The notes beneath the pieces are model-generated. The model saw nothing but the letters and a program-made list of their open reading frames with translations. It ran no database searches and was not told where the DNA came from. DNA of 64,000 nt. Source: Christensenellales bacterium (lineage in GTDB: Bacteria; Bacillota; Clostridia; Christensenellales; JBMNTQ01). Position numbers and translations under genes: made by a program. Position 1 is the stretch's first letter, and every line of letters begins with the position of its first letter. Positions 1-9,685 of the stretch are shown one piece after another. The stretch spans positions 10,196 to 74,195 of the forward strand of contig JBMNTR010000005.1 of the NCBI GenBank assembly GCA_050945835.1. Direction: 5' to 3'.

Positions 1-506
1 ATATTCGCTTCATCCGGTGTGATCCGGTTGACCGCGAAGAAGAAAGCATCCTTTACACCCAGCCCCTGCTGCTGCACCAGCCGCATGGCCTGCTGAAAGG
101 TTTCGGGCACCCAGCGCACGCCCATACGGTCAAACAGACCCAGCATGGTCTTCGCCGCCGGGTTTTCCTGCAGCCCAAGGCTCGACAAAAACGCCTGCTG
201 CCTTGCCGGCACCTTTGCCTCCATGTCCCGCACCACCCCGAGCACCTGCATGCTCAGCCGGTCGCCTTCCTTTGCTGTGACCATCAGCTCCACCTCGTCG
301 TTTACGAGCAGCGTCTCGGTTGAAGACAGCCTGGCCCTGAGCAGACTGCCGTCTTCACATCGAAGGATCACGCCTTCCCCGTCGCTTGCGGCCACGGTGG
401 CTCTGATCACTTCGCCTTTTTGCAGCAAAAGCGGGGTTTTGTCCGCCTGCGCGCCGGACTGCGTTTTTTTTGCCACGCCGGCTGCTTCGGTTTGTTCGAT
501 CTTCAT
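1..506 (-). CDS. Flagellar hook-length control FliK/YlqG-like protein, N-terminal part (runs off window start)
   Basis: Not in the ORF track. Hand translation from ATG 506 (AGGGGG upstream): MKIEQTEAAGVAKK...LQKGEVIRATVAASDGEGVILRCEDGSLLRARL..., open to position 1. Resembles clostridial FliK-like N-termini; divergent from che genes, sigma28-like promoter. Confidence 0.5.
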   Translation of the reverse strand, partial: MKIEQTEAAGVAKKTQSGAQADKTPLLLQKGEVIRATVAASDGEGVILRCEDGSLLRARLSSTETLLVNDEVELMVTAKEGDRLSMQVLGVVRDMEAKVPARQQAFLSSLGLQENPAAKTMLGLFDRMGVRWVPETFQQAMRLVQQQGLGVKDAFFFAVNRITPDEAN

Positions 507-625
507 GATGCCCCCTGTTTGCCTATCCTATCATTGCGTTTACTGTAAAATCAACATGAAACCCGTCTTTTGGCCGGTTTTTTGTGCGGCCGGCAGGCGG
601 GTATAGGATCTTTTCGTTATAATTT

Positions 626-675
626 TTATCGGATAATTTCGGAAAAGATTAACCTTTTGCAAAAATTAACGATAT
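626..675. promoter_or_regulatory. Back-to-back sigma28 (SigD/FliA)-like promoters
   Basis: Plus strand TTAA(649-652)-N15-AACGATAT(668-675); minus strand TTAA-N15-TCCGATAA(633-626); consensus TAAA-N15-GCCGATA(T/A). Confidence 0.55.
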
Positions 676-774
676 AGATTATATGATATGCTTTCAAACG
701 CCGAACAGGCGGTTTTTTCGGTTCGCTTAAAATAACAGTATACAGCAGGACAAAACGTTTTCAAGGGAGATTCT

Positions 775-1401
775 ATGTTTAATCTAAACCATCTGAATGA
801 AAGCCAGCTTAACTTTTTTCAGGAAATCGAGAATATCGGCGCAAGCCATGCGGCGACAGCGCTGTCCGCACTGCTGGATCGTCCCATACTCGTGCGGGTA
901 TCCAACGCCCGATTTTGTGAGTTTTCAAACATCGCCGATATTTTAAAAGGCCCTGAAAATCTCGTGGTCAGCCTGCTCGTGGAAATGGCGGGCGATTTAA
1001 GCGGTTATATACTGCTGATATTAGACGCGCAGGACGCAAAAGACCTGAGCGCTTCCGTCATACAGACCATGGGTCTTGACCTTGAAGAAACGACGGAGTT
1101 CTTAACAAACATGCAGCAGTCGGCGTTGCTGGAAGTGGCCAACATACTTTCCGGTTCCTATTTAACAGCGCTCTCCTCCCTAACCGGGCTGCGTACCGAA
1201 AGCTCCATCCCCAGGCTTGCCATCGACATGGCGGGCGCCATCATGAATCTGCCCGCCGTCACCTATGGCGAATATGGCGATGTCGTGCTGTTTTTGGAAA
1301 CAGCCTTTCAGGATCGGGACCGATGCTTTGCGGGCCATTTTTTCCTGGTGCCGGATGTCCTTTCGTTTTCAATACTGCTAAAGACGATGGGAATTGAATA
1401 G
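775..1401 (+). CDS. cheC: Chemotaxis phosphatase CheC
   Basis: Two E-x2-N motifs (QEIENIGASHAATALS, LEVANILSGSYL); followed by cheD. Confidence 0.9.
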   Translation: MFNLNHLNESQLNFFQEIENIGASHAATALSALLDRPILVRVSNARFCEFSNIADILKGPENLVVSLLVEMAGDLSGYILLILDAQDAKDLSASVIQTMGLDLEETTEFLTNMQQSALLEVANILSGSYLTALSSLTGLRTESSIPRLAIDMAGAIMNLPAVTYGEYGDVVLFLETAFQDRDRCFAGHFFLVPDVLSFSILLKTMGIE

Positions 1402-1402
1402 T

Positions 1403-1888
1403 ATGGAGAATGCAATCATAGGCATTGGGGATTTAAGCGTTGCGCATGCGCCCGGCACCCTGACCACGCTCGGGCTTGGCTCCTGTGTCGGCCTTATTCT
1501 ATATGACCGGTTTAAAAGAATCGGCGGCATGGCGCATATCATGCTGCCTAAAGCGCCCGCGGGCGCGTCTTTGAAGCATCCGGCAAAATATGCGGACACC
1601 GGCTTGGACGAGCTGCTCAAAAGCATGGTCACAGCAGGTGCAAATCCAAGGCTTTTAACCGCCAAGCTGGCGGGCGGCGCGCATATGTTCTCCTCTTCCA
1701 TGGACAACGATATCATGAAGGTGGGGCAGCGCAATATCGAAATCTGCCGATGGTTGCTGCAAAAGCACTCCATCGCCATACTCGCGGAGGAAACAGGCGG
1801 CACAGTCGGGCGGACCATCAAGCTTGATTGTGAAACGGGCCTGTTGCATGTGCGCACGGTTTGGCCCAAAAAAGAATGGGCGATCTGA
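1403..1888 (+). CDS. cheD: Chemoreceptor glutamine deamidase CheD
   Basis: TLGLGSCVG, GGMAHIMLP, KYAD, AKLAGGAHMF, GGTVGRTI motifs; start may be TTG 1394. Confidence 0.92.
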   Translation: MENAIIGIGDLSVAHAPGTLTTLGLGSCVGLILYDRFKRIGGMAHIMLPKAPAGASLKHPAKYADTGLDELLKSMVTAGANPRLLTAKLAGGAHMFSSSMDNDIMKVGQRNIEICRWLLQKHSIAILAEETGGTVGRTIKLDCETGLLHVRTVWPKKEWAI

Positions 1889-1991
1889 CGCGCCGCGGCG
1901 GATAATCCTTTCCTCATTCAATGGGCGTGAGATATGTTTTTTATACGATTTGTGTTCATCGATTAACAATATTTAGGAGGTTTCATCCATT

Positions 1992-2348
1992 ATGAAGAAG
2001 GTTCTCGTGGTAGATGATGCGACATTCATGCGTGTCTCTATCAAAAACATGCTGGCCAAGAATGGCTACGAGGTCGTGGGCGAAGCGGAAAACGGCGATA
2101 CAGCGATACAAAAATACAAGGAGCTTTCGCCGGATATCGTGACCATGGATATCACCATGCCCGAAAAGGACGGCCTAGCCAGCTTAAAGGAGATCCTGGC
2201 CTTTGACCCCGGCGCCAATGTCATCATGGTTTCCGCCATGGGTCAGGAAAGCATGGTCAGGGAAGCGATCATATCCGGCGCAAAAGGGTTTATCGTGAAG
2301 CCCTTCAAGGAAGACGTCATCATCAACGCGATCAACAATATGTCCTGA
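1992..2348 (+). CDS. cheY: Chemotaxis response regulator CheY
   Basis: Single receiver domain with VVDD, MDITMP, SAMGQ, KPF motifs typical of Firmicute CheY. Confidence 0.92.
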   Translation: MKKVLVVDDATFMRVSIKNMLAKNGYEVVGEAENGDTAIQKYKELSPDIVTMDITMPEKDGLASLKEILAFDPGANVIMVSAMGQESMVREAIISGAKGFIVKPFKEDVIINAINNMS

Positions 2349-2429
2349 TTCCAAAGCTTCGGGCGCGCAAAGAGCGCACAGGCTGAGCGCATGACGTCAA
2401 ATTACAACATGGAAACGGGGTAATGGCAT

Positions 2430-4412
2430 ATGTCTGAAACAGATTCTTTACTGGAAGTCTATATATACGAAAATCTCCAATTGCTCGAGCAGCTGGATGC
2501 CCTGATTTTAGCGGCGGAAAGGAGCGGCGCGCTGAACGGGGACCAGGTCAGCTCCATCTTCCGTATTCTGCACACCATCAAAGGCTCGTCCGCCATGATG
2601 AATTTCGACGGGCTCACAAGATTGTCTCATGCGCTGGAGGATTTGTTTGGTTATATCCGGGATCACATCGATTCGCCGACATATGACCATAAACAGATCT
2701 GTGATCTGGTGTTTTCCGCAGCGGATTTTATAAGGAACGAAATCGAAAGCCTGCAGGCGGGCAAGCAGCTGCAAGCGGATCCGAAAGAACTGCTCCATGA
2801 AATATCGGTGTGTTATAAAGGGCTCAAAGGCGACGATGCAGCGGCTCAAACACCCGTGTCCCCATCGCCGCCGCCAGCCGCTTCAAATGCGTCTGACAAA
2901 GGGAGCTTCTATCGGGGTGTGATCCGGTTTGAACCGGAGTGCAAGATGGAAAATGTGCGTGCGTTTGGCATTGTGAAATCCGTGGAGCCGTTGTGCCATC
3001 GCATTGCAACAACGCCCGAGGATCTTTTAAAGGATCACACGGACGACGAGATCATCGCCCATGGCTTTTACATCTACATGCAATCCGAAGCGCCGGCTGC
3101 GGAGCTGCGTGCAAAAATCGCGGATAATTTCTTCATCAGCACTCTCCAATTCGAAGAACTGGATTCCATCGCGGGCACACCCTTGGACCAGCGCACACAG
3201 GAAGCCTCCTCCGACACCGGTACACAGGCAGTCGCGCCGACACAGGTTCATAACTATATGAGCGTCCGGCTGGACAAGCTGGACAAGCTCATGGATCTGG
3301 TGGGCGAGATCGTAACGACTGAAATGACAGTCGTCAAAAATCCGGATCTCGCCGGGCTACAGCTCGAATCCTTCTCAAAAGCGGCCCACCAGCTTCGCAA
3401 GCTGACGGACGAATTGCAGGACACCGTGATGTCCATCCGCATGATCCCCATATCCGCCACCTTCCATAAGCTGGAGCGCGTGGTGCGCAATATGTGCAAA
3501 AAAACAGGCAAGCTGGTGGAGCTCGTTATCATCGGGGAAGACACCGAGATGGACAAAAACGTGATCGATAATCTGTCCGACCCGTTGATGCACATCATAC
3601 GCAATTCCGTGGATCACGGTATTGAAGAGCCGGAAATCCGCAAGCAGACGGGCAAGAACCCCACCGGCAAGATCATACTGGAAGCGCGCAATATCGGCGG
3701 TGATGTGCTCATACTCGTGTCGGACGACGGCAAAGGGTTAAACCGCGATGTGCTGCTGCAAAGAGGCATCGACAAGGGGCTGGTCAAAAAAGCGGCGGAC
3801 GAGATCTCGGACAAAGAGGTCTTCGGGCTGATCTTTGCGCCCGGCTTCTCCACCAACGACGCTGTGACCGAATTCAGCGGCCGCGGCGTGGGCATGGATG
3901 TGGTCGCGAAGAATATCCAGCAGATGGGCGGCTCCGTTATGGTGGACAGCGAGCCGGGTCAAGGCATGACCGTGCAGCTGCGCATCCCGCTGACGCTGGC
4001 CATCATAGAGGGCATGCAGATCTCGGTAAATCACACGATATTCATACTGCCGCTGCTCAATATACGCGAATCCTTTAAGCCCAAGCCCAAGGACGTGTTC
4101 GCCGACCCGGACGGCAACGAGATGATACTCATACGGAAGCAGTGCTATCCGGTGTGCCGGCTGCACCGCGTGCTGGGCATCGAGCCTGCAGCCTCCAAAT
4201 TTGAAGACGGCATACTCGTGCTCATTGAAAGCGCCAAGGGATCCTATTGCCTGTTTGTGGATGAGCTGATCGGCGAGCAGCAGACCGTCGTCAAGCCGAT
4301 TCCCGCCTACATCGCCCGCTATCCCGAATGGCATCGGGGTATCGCGGGGTGCAGTGTGATGGGGGACGGCAGTGTCAGCCTGATACTGGATATCAACGCA
4401 CTCACCGAATAA
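2430..4412 (+). CDS. cheA: Chemotaxis histidine kinase CheA
   Basis: Hpt FRILHTIKGSS, HIIRNSVDHGIE, GFST...SGRGVGMDVV, C-terminal CheW-like domain. Confidence 0.95.
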   Translation: MSETDSLLEVYIYENLQLLEQLDALILAAERSGALNGDQVSSIFRILHTIKGSSAMMNFDGLTRLSHALEDLFGYIRDHIDSPTYDHKQICDLVFSAADFIRNEIESLQAGKQLQADPKELLHEISVCYKGLKGDDAAAQTPVSPSPPPAASNASDKGSFYRGVIRFEPECKMENVRAFGIVKSVEPLCHRIATTPEDLLKDHTDDEIIAHGFYIYMQSEAPAAELRAKIADNFFISTLQFEELDSIAGTPLDQRTQEASSDTGTQAVAPTQVHNYMSVRLDKLDKLMDLVGEIVTTEMTVVKNPDLAGLQLESFSKAAHQLRKLTDELQDTVMSIRMIPISATFHKLERVVRNMCKKTGKLVELVIIGEDTEMDKNVIDNLSDPLMHIIRNSVDHGIEEPEIRKQTGKNPTGKIILEARNIGGDVLILVSDDGKGLNRDVLLQRGIDKGLVKKAADEISDKEVFGLIFAPGFSTNDAVTEFSGRGVGMDVVAKNIQQMGGSVMVDSEPGQGMTVQLRIPLTLAIIEGMQISVNHTIFILPLLNIRESFKPKPKDVFADPDGNEMILIRKQCYPVCRLHRVLGIEPAASKFEDGILVLIESAKGSYCLFVDELIGEQQTVVKPIPAYIARYPEWHRGIAGCSVMGDGSVSLILDINALTE

Positions 4413-4433
4413 TGTGTTTCGGTTGACGAAGTA

Positions 4434-4463
4434 ATAAAAGAGCGCCCGCAGGCGCTCTTTTAT
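4434..4463. terminator. Bidirectional intrinsic terminator
   Basis: ATAAAAGAGCGCC-CGCA-GGCGCTCTTTTAT between convergent cheA and HD-GYP genes. Confidence 0.8.
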
Positions 4464-4478
4464 TTACTAAAGCCATGC

Positions 4479-5624
4479 TTAGACCGGTCTTCTTGCACCG
4501 TAAGCCGGCAGCGTATGCTGTGCTGCGGGCAGTTCCTGATCGGAAAGAACACGCTTTACGGTCACGTTTAGATAGGCGTAGTCCCTGAACAGATCACCGA
4601 CCTCGCCATTCCTTATCAGCTGCACAACCGGACGCAGGCTGTTCGCGCTGCACAGCACCTTGGCAATCTCCCCGTTGGAAAGCTCCACAAGGCTGCCCAC
4701 CGGATACAGCTCCAGCCTTTGCAGCAACGCCGTCACCATGCCGTAGTCAAACGCCGTGCCGGCGTTGGCCATGATGTATTCGATCGCCTCTCCGGGCGCT
4801 ATAGGCAGCCGATACGGGCGCATGGATGTCAACGCGTCGTATACGTCCGCCACCGAAATGATGCGGCTCACCAGGGGGATTTCTTCTCCTTTGAGTCCGT
4901 TTGGATAGCCTGTGCCGTCGTAGCGCTCATGATGAAACAATACGGCCCGTCTGGCTTGCTCATCACCGATGGCATACTTGGTCAGATACCGATAACCCTC
5001 CAGCGCATGCTGTCTCACCAGCCAAAGCTCGTGCGTGTCCAGCTTGGTGGGTTTGTTGAGCACCTCGACGGGTATGGCTGTCTTTCCGATGTCGTGCATC
5101 ATCGCGCAGTTGCCCAATAAGTTGAGCTGGTCTTTTGAGAGCCCCAGCCTCTGCCCCATGGCGATGCTCAGCACCGCCACGCTCAAAGAATGATGATAGG
5201 TGTATTCGTCGTAGCTCTTTAAGTCGGCAATATTGATCAATGTACACTGATCCATCAGCAAAGAGTTGACCAGCTGTTCCACCACAGCGTCCATCTGTTT
5301 GATGGTTTGAACAACGTTTTTGTGGGTCTCCTCACTCCCTTGCGACGCAAGGAAGATGGATTCCAAATTTTTGAGCGCTTCCTTTTTCAGCTTCTTTGAA
5401 ACGACCGGCTTTTTCCTGACCTCCGGGAAAATGGTTTTGCAGCCTCTTGCTTCTTCGCTCACAATACGCACCTCGGCGATTCCGTGTTCTTTTAACCGCC
5501 GAATCATATTTTCGGATAGAACGGTGCCCTTTAACAGTATGGGGACAATGCTGTGGTCCTCCGTATACAGGGGTTCCGCCAGCTCCATCCCCGGGTATAG
5601 ATTTTCTATGAGCACAACTCTCAT
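4479..5624 (-). CDS. HD-GYP domain c-di-GMP phosphodiesterase
   Basis: YTYHHS, HDIGK, HHERYDGTGYP, ADVYDA motifs; ATG 5624 follows GGAGG; sigma28-like -10 ACCGATAT at 5666-5659. Confidence 0.88.
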   Translation of the reverse strand: MRVVLIENLYPGMELAEPLYTEDHSIVPILLKGTVLSENMIRRLKEHGIAEVRIVSEEARGCKTIFPEVRKKPVVSKKLKKEALKNLESIFLASQGSEETHKNVVQTIKQMDAVVEQLVNSLLMDQCTLINIADLKSYDEYTYHHSLSVAVLSIAMGQRLGLSKDQLNLLGNCAMMHDIGKTAIPVEVLNKPTKLDTHELWLVRQHALEGYRYLTKYAIGDEQARRAVLFHHERYDGTGYPNGLKGEEIPLVSRIISVADVYDALTSMRPYRLPIAPGEAIEYIMANAGTAFDYGMVTALLQRLELYPVGSLVELSNGEIAKVLCSANSLRPVVQLIRNGEVGDLFRDYAYLNVTVKRVLSDQELPAAQHTLPAYGARRPV

Positions 5625-5835
5625 GATGCAACCTCCATGCACATACCTCTATCATACAATATCGGTATTAATGAAACATTATGAAGCCCTCTTTTCCTTA
5701 TTTTATGTAAATATGCTCCTCGCATCACGCCCAATGCGGCTTTATATGCGATTATTTTAACGTTTAGCCTTGCTCAAAATCATAAAAAGAAATATACTGA
5801 TGCAAGCAAAATCTCTATTCGGGAAGGAGCCGCAT

Positions 5836-6525
5836 ATGCAAAGCACCTCCTCACAGACCATCTATTGTGTGGAAGACGAAGCTAATATCCGCGATTTGAT
5901 CGTTTACGCGCTCAAGGCAAACGGTTTCGATGCGCATGGCTTCTGCGCCGCACGCCCTTTTTTTGACGCATTGCAGCACAAGCTGCCCGATCTGGTGCTC
6001 TTAGACATCATGCTGCCCGGGGAGGACGGCTTGAGCGCGCTCAGGAAATTGAAAGAAAATCCCGACACACAGCACATCTGCGTGATCATGCTCACCGCGA
6101 AAACCGCTGAATACGACAGAGTCGTCGGTCTGGACACGGGCGCCGACGATTACATCACCAAGCCTTTCGGGGTGATGGAAATGATCGCGCGTGTGAAAGC
6201 GGTGCTGCGCCGCACCTCGGAGACACAGAACGGTCCCGTGCTGCTCTTGGGCGATATCGAGCTGAACACGGTACACTATACCGTACACGCGCAAGGCCGA
6301 AAGATCGCGCTTACCCACAAGGAGTTCATGCTTTTGCGCTTTTTGCTGCAAAATTTGGGCATCGCCCTCACACGTGAAAAAATATTGGCCGATGTGTGGG
6401 GTTATGATTTTGAAGGCGAAAGCCGCACGGTGGATATGCATATCAAAACCCTGCGCCAAAAGCTGGGAGAGGCGGGGGCGCGCATACAAACGGTGCGCGG
6501 TGTAGGCTATAGGATGGCAAACTAG
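5836..6525 (+). CDS. OmpR/PhoP-family response regulator (no adjacent kinase)
   Basis: Receiver (VEDE, LDIMLP, GADDYITKPF) plus winged helix (SRTVDMHIKTLRQKL, TVRGVGY); AAGGAG before ATG 5836. Confidence 0.9.
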   Translation: MQSTSSQTIYCVEDEANIRDLIVYALKANGFDAHGFCAARPFFDALQHKLPDLVLLDIMLPGEDGLSALRKLKENPDTQHICVIMLTAKTAEYDRVVGLDTGADDYITKPFGVMEMIARVKAVLRRTSETQNGPVLLLGDIELNTVHYTVHAQGRKIALTHKEFMLLRFLLQNLGIALTREKILADVWGYDFEGESRTVDMHIKTLRQKLGEAGARIQTVRGVGYRMAN

Positions 6526-6553
6526 CCTGTTGATATAAAACTTTTAAATGAAC

Positions 6554-6581
6554 TTGACAATGGGCTTATATGCTGTATAAT
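6554..6581 (+). promoter_or_regulatory. SigA promoter of the arg operon
   Basis: TTGACA(6554)-N16-TATAAT(6576). Confidence 0.75.
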
Positions 6582-6616
6582 AGAATAAATATTCATATAT
6601 TCGGATATTTATTCTA
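6581..6616. promoter_or_regulatory. ArgR/AhrC operator (ARG boxes)
   Basis: AGAATAAATATTCA resembles the ARG box TGAATAAwwATTCA; perfect 12-bp inverted repeat TAGAATAAATAT (6581-6592) / ATATTTATTCTA (6605-6616) just downstream of the -10. Confidence 0.65.
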
Positions 6617-6634
6617 TTCAAAAGGAGAGCTTTC

Positions 6635-7573
6635 ATGTACCGCGTTTTTATAGACGGAAAAGTAGGCACCACCGGGCTGCGCATCAGCGAGCGTATGCAC
6701 GCGCGCGGCGATGTCGAGCTGATCACGCTGCCCGATGAGCAGCGCAAGGACAGCTTTGCAAGGCGCACGTGCATCAACAGCTCCGACGTCACCTTCCTCT
6801 GCCTGCCCGACGACGCGGCACGCGAAGCCGCCCGCATGGCGGACCCTTTTGTGCGTGTGATCGACGCGAGCACGGCGCACCGCACACAGCAGGGCTGGAG
6901 CTACGGGCTGCCGGAATTGTCTTCTGCGCATGCGCAGGCGGTGCAAAACAGCTTCCGTGTGGCCGTCCCCGGCTGCCACGCCAGCGGATTCGCGGCGCTG
7001 ATATACCCGCTCGTTCACCACGGCATACTCGACTCCGCAGCGCCCTTGACCTGCTTTTCCCTGACAGGCTACAGCGGCGGCGGCAGGGCCATGATCGCGC
7101 AATATGAAGATCCGCAGCGCAGTGAGTCGTTCGACGCCCCGCGCCAATATGCGCTCTCGGGCCATCACAAGCACCTTGCGGAGATGCAGGCCACCAGCGG
7201 GCTGAGCCTCGCGCCTGCTCTGTATCCTGTTGTCGCCGGTTATTACAGCGGCATGGTGGTGAGCGTGCCTCTGCACGAGCGCTTTCTCACGCAAAAGCTG
7301 GGCAGAACCGCGCTTTATGAGCTGTATAAAAGCCACTACGCAAAGGCAAAGCTGATAGAAGTGCTCTCTGAGGCAGACGGTTTAGGCGACGGCTTCTTGA
7401 GCGCCAACGTGCTGGCCGGCCGCGATATCATGCAGCTCGCCGTCACGGGCACGGACGACAGGCCGATGCTCACGGCGCGCTTTGACAACCTGGGCAAAGG
7501 CGCTTCCGGCGCAGCAGTACAATGTATGAACCTGATGCTGGGCCTGGATGAAACCCTGGGCCTTCAACTATAA
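6635..7573 (+). CDS. argC: N-acetyl-gamma-glutamyl-phosphate reductase (short type-2 form)
   Basis: VFIDGKVGTTGL, IDASTAHR, VPGCHA, DNLGKGASGAAVQ. Confidence 0.93.
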   Translation: MYRVFIDGKVGTTGLRISERMHARGDVELITLPDEQRKDSFARRTCINSSDVTFLCLPDDAAREAARMADPFVRVIDASTAHRTQQGWSYGLPELSSAHAQAVQNSFRVAVPGCHASGFAALIYPLVHHGILDSAAPLTCFSLTGYSGGGRAMIAQYEDPQRSESFDAPRQYALSGHHKHLAEMQATSGLSLAPALYPVVAGYYSGMVVSVPLHERFLTQKLGRTALYELYKSHYAKAKLIEVLSEADGLGDGFLSANVLAGRDIMQLAVTGTDDRPMLTARFDNLGKGASGAAVQCMNLMLGLDETLGLQL

Positions 7574-7585
7574 AGGAGCACGGCT

Positions 7586-8797
7586 ATGAAAATAATACCG
7601 GGCGGCGTCTGCGCCGCAAAGGGATATAGGGCGGGCGGCATCTACTGCGGCATACGCAAAAATCCGCATAAGAAGGATTTAGCGCTCATCGTGAGCGAAA
7701 ATGCAGCGAGTACGGCCAGTGTCTACACGCAAAACCTAGTGGTGGGCGCGCCTATTCTTGTCACCCGGCAAAACACGCAAAACGGCTATGCACAGGCTAT
7801 ATTCTGCAACAGCGGCAACGCCAACACCTGCAACGCAAACGGCGTTGAAATCGCAGAGCGTATGTGCGCACTCTTAGAGCAGCATTTGAACATCCCGCAG
7901 CACGACGTGATCGTCGCATCCACCGGCGTGATCGGCAAGCCCCTAGATATCGCGCCCATAGAGGCGGGCATGGGCCCTTTGTGCGCTTCTTTGGGCGCAG
8001 ACAGCGACGCCGCAGCGCAGGCCATCATGACCACAGACACCCTTTTAAAGCAGTGCGCCGTGGAGTTCGAGCTTGGGGGTGTGCCCTGCCGCATCGGAGG
8101 CATCGCCAAAGGCTCCGGCATGATCCATCCCAACATGGCGACTTTGCTCAGCTTTCTCACCAGCGACGCGGCCATTTCACCGGCCATGCTGCAAAAAGCG
8201 CTGCAAACAGCCGTGGATGAGACGTTCAACATGGTGAGCATCGACGGGGACACCTCCACCAACGATATGGTGAGCATATTGTGCAACGCTCAGGCGCAAA
8301 ACGCTGAGATCGTATGTGAAGATCAAGCGTTTCACACCTTCCTCAACGCACTGAAATATGTCTGTCTGACCCTTTCGCAGCTCATCGCCAAGGACGGCGA
8401 AGGCGCCACAAAGCTGCTCGAATGCCGCGTAGCGGGCGCTTCGGACATTCCAACCGCCAGAACGGTGGCCAAGAGCGTGATCTGCTCTTCCCTTTTCAAG
8501 GCCGCCATGTTCGGTGCGGACGCCAACTGGGGGCGTGTGCTCTGCGCCATCGGCTATTCGGGCGCACAGGTGGATGTGAATAAGATCGACGTAAGCTTCG
8601 CTTCGGCGGCAGGGCGCATCGACGTGTGCAAGAATGGCTCAGGCCTGCCCTTTGACGAAACGCTTGCCAAGCGTGTGCTCTCGCAGGACGAGATCGTCAT
8701 CGATATCGCGCTCCACAGCGCAGACGCAAACGCAATTGCGTGGGGTTGTGATTTAACCTATGATTATGTGCGCATCAACGGCGATTACCGCAGCTGA
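7586..8797 (+). CDS. argJ: Ornithine acetyltransferase ArgJ
   Basis: KGSGMIHPNMAT autocleavage motif, DGDTSTND, DANWGR. Confidence 0.95.
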   Translation: MKIIPGGVCAAKGYRAGGIYCGIRKNPHKKDLALIVSENAASTASVYTQNLVVGAPILVTRQNTQNGYAQAIFCNSGNANTCNANGVEIAERMCALLEQHLNIPQHDVIVASTGVIGKPLDIAPIEAGMGPLCASLGADSDAAAQAIMTTDTLLKQCAVEFELGGVPCRIGGIAKGSGMIHPNMATLLSFLTSDAAISPAMLQKALQTAVDETFNMVSIDGDTSTNDMVSILCNAQAQNAEIVCEDQAFHTFLNALKYVCLTLSQLIAKDGEGATKLLECRVAGASDIPTARTVAKSVICSSLFKAAMFGADANWGRVLCAIGYSGAQVDVNKIDVSFASAAGRIDVCKNGSGLPFDETLAKRVLSQDEIVIDIALHSADANAIAWGCDLTYDYVRINGDYRS

Positions 8798-8820
8798 TTA
8801 TGAAGACGGAGGAAAACACA

Positions 8821-9672
8821 ATGACGCTTGACAACAACCAGCGCGCGAGCGTTTTAAACCAGGCGCTTCCCTACATACAGCGCTACAACGGCAAGGTCGT
8901 GGTCATCAAATACGGCGGCAACGCCATGGTGAACGAGCAGCTGATGGAAGCCGTGATGCGGGATATCGTATTTTTGTCTTTAATCGGCGTGCGGGTGGTG
9001 CTGGTGCATGGCGGCGGCCCGGAAATCACCGAAGTGATGGATAAGATGGGCAAGGAATCGGTGTTTATAGACGGGCTGCGCGTCACCGACGCACAGACGG
9101 CGCAGATCGTACAGATGGTGCTCAGCGGCAAGATCAACAAGAATCTGGTCAACCATCTCGAGCTGCTCGGGGGCAAAGCGGTGGGTCTGTGCGGCGTGGA
9201 CAACCACATGATCAAAGCTAAAAAGCTCGACGATGTGCATGGCTTTGTGGGTGAGATCACACAGATCAACGCACAGCTTCTGTTCGATCTGCTGGATGCG
9301 GACTATGTGCCGGTGGTGTCCACCACCGGCTGCGATGATGAGGGCAACATCTACAACATCAACGCCGATACGGCGGCCGCAGCCATCGCGGGCGTGCTGA
9401 AAGCGGAAAGCTTCATATCGGTGACGGATACACCGGGGCTTTTGCGCGACAAGGATGACCCGGGCTCGCTGATCCCGGTGGTGCATGTCAGCGAAGCGCC
9501 GCAGTTGATGCGCGAAGGCGTGATCTCGGGCGGCATGATTCCCAAGGTGGAATGCTGCATCGAAGCGATCCGGCGGGGCGTGCATCGCGTGTTCATCATA
9601 GACGGGCGTGTGCCCCATTCCATTCTGATCGAGCTGATGACGAACGAAGGCATCGGCACGATGTTTGTGTAA
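8821..9672 (+). CDS. argB: Acetylglutamate kinase
   Basis: VIKYGGNAM, HGGGP, GLRVTD, NINADT, GGMIPK; GGAGG before ATG 8821. Confidence 0.95.
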   Translation: MTLDNNQRASVLNQALPYIQRYNGKVVVIKYGGNAMVNEQLMEAVMRDIVFLSLIGVRVVLVHGGGPEITEVMDKMGKESVFIDGLRVTDAQTAQIVQMVLSGKINKNLVNHLELLGGKAVGLCGVDNHMIKAKKLDDVHGFVGEITQINAQLLFDLLDADYVPVVSTTGCDDEGNIYNINADTAAAAIAGVLKAESFISVTDTPGLLRDKDDPGSLIPVVHVSEAPQLMREGVISGGMIPKVECCIEAIRRGVHRVFIIDGRVPHSILIELMTNEGIGTMFV

Positions 9673-9685
9673 GGAGGTCAATTCA

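Noticed and set aside
775-4412. Incomplete chemotaxis system (no cheW/cheB/cheR)
   Set aside because: The cluster is at the window edge and these genes are commonly elsewhere.
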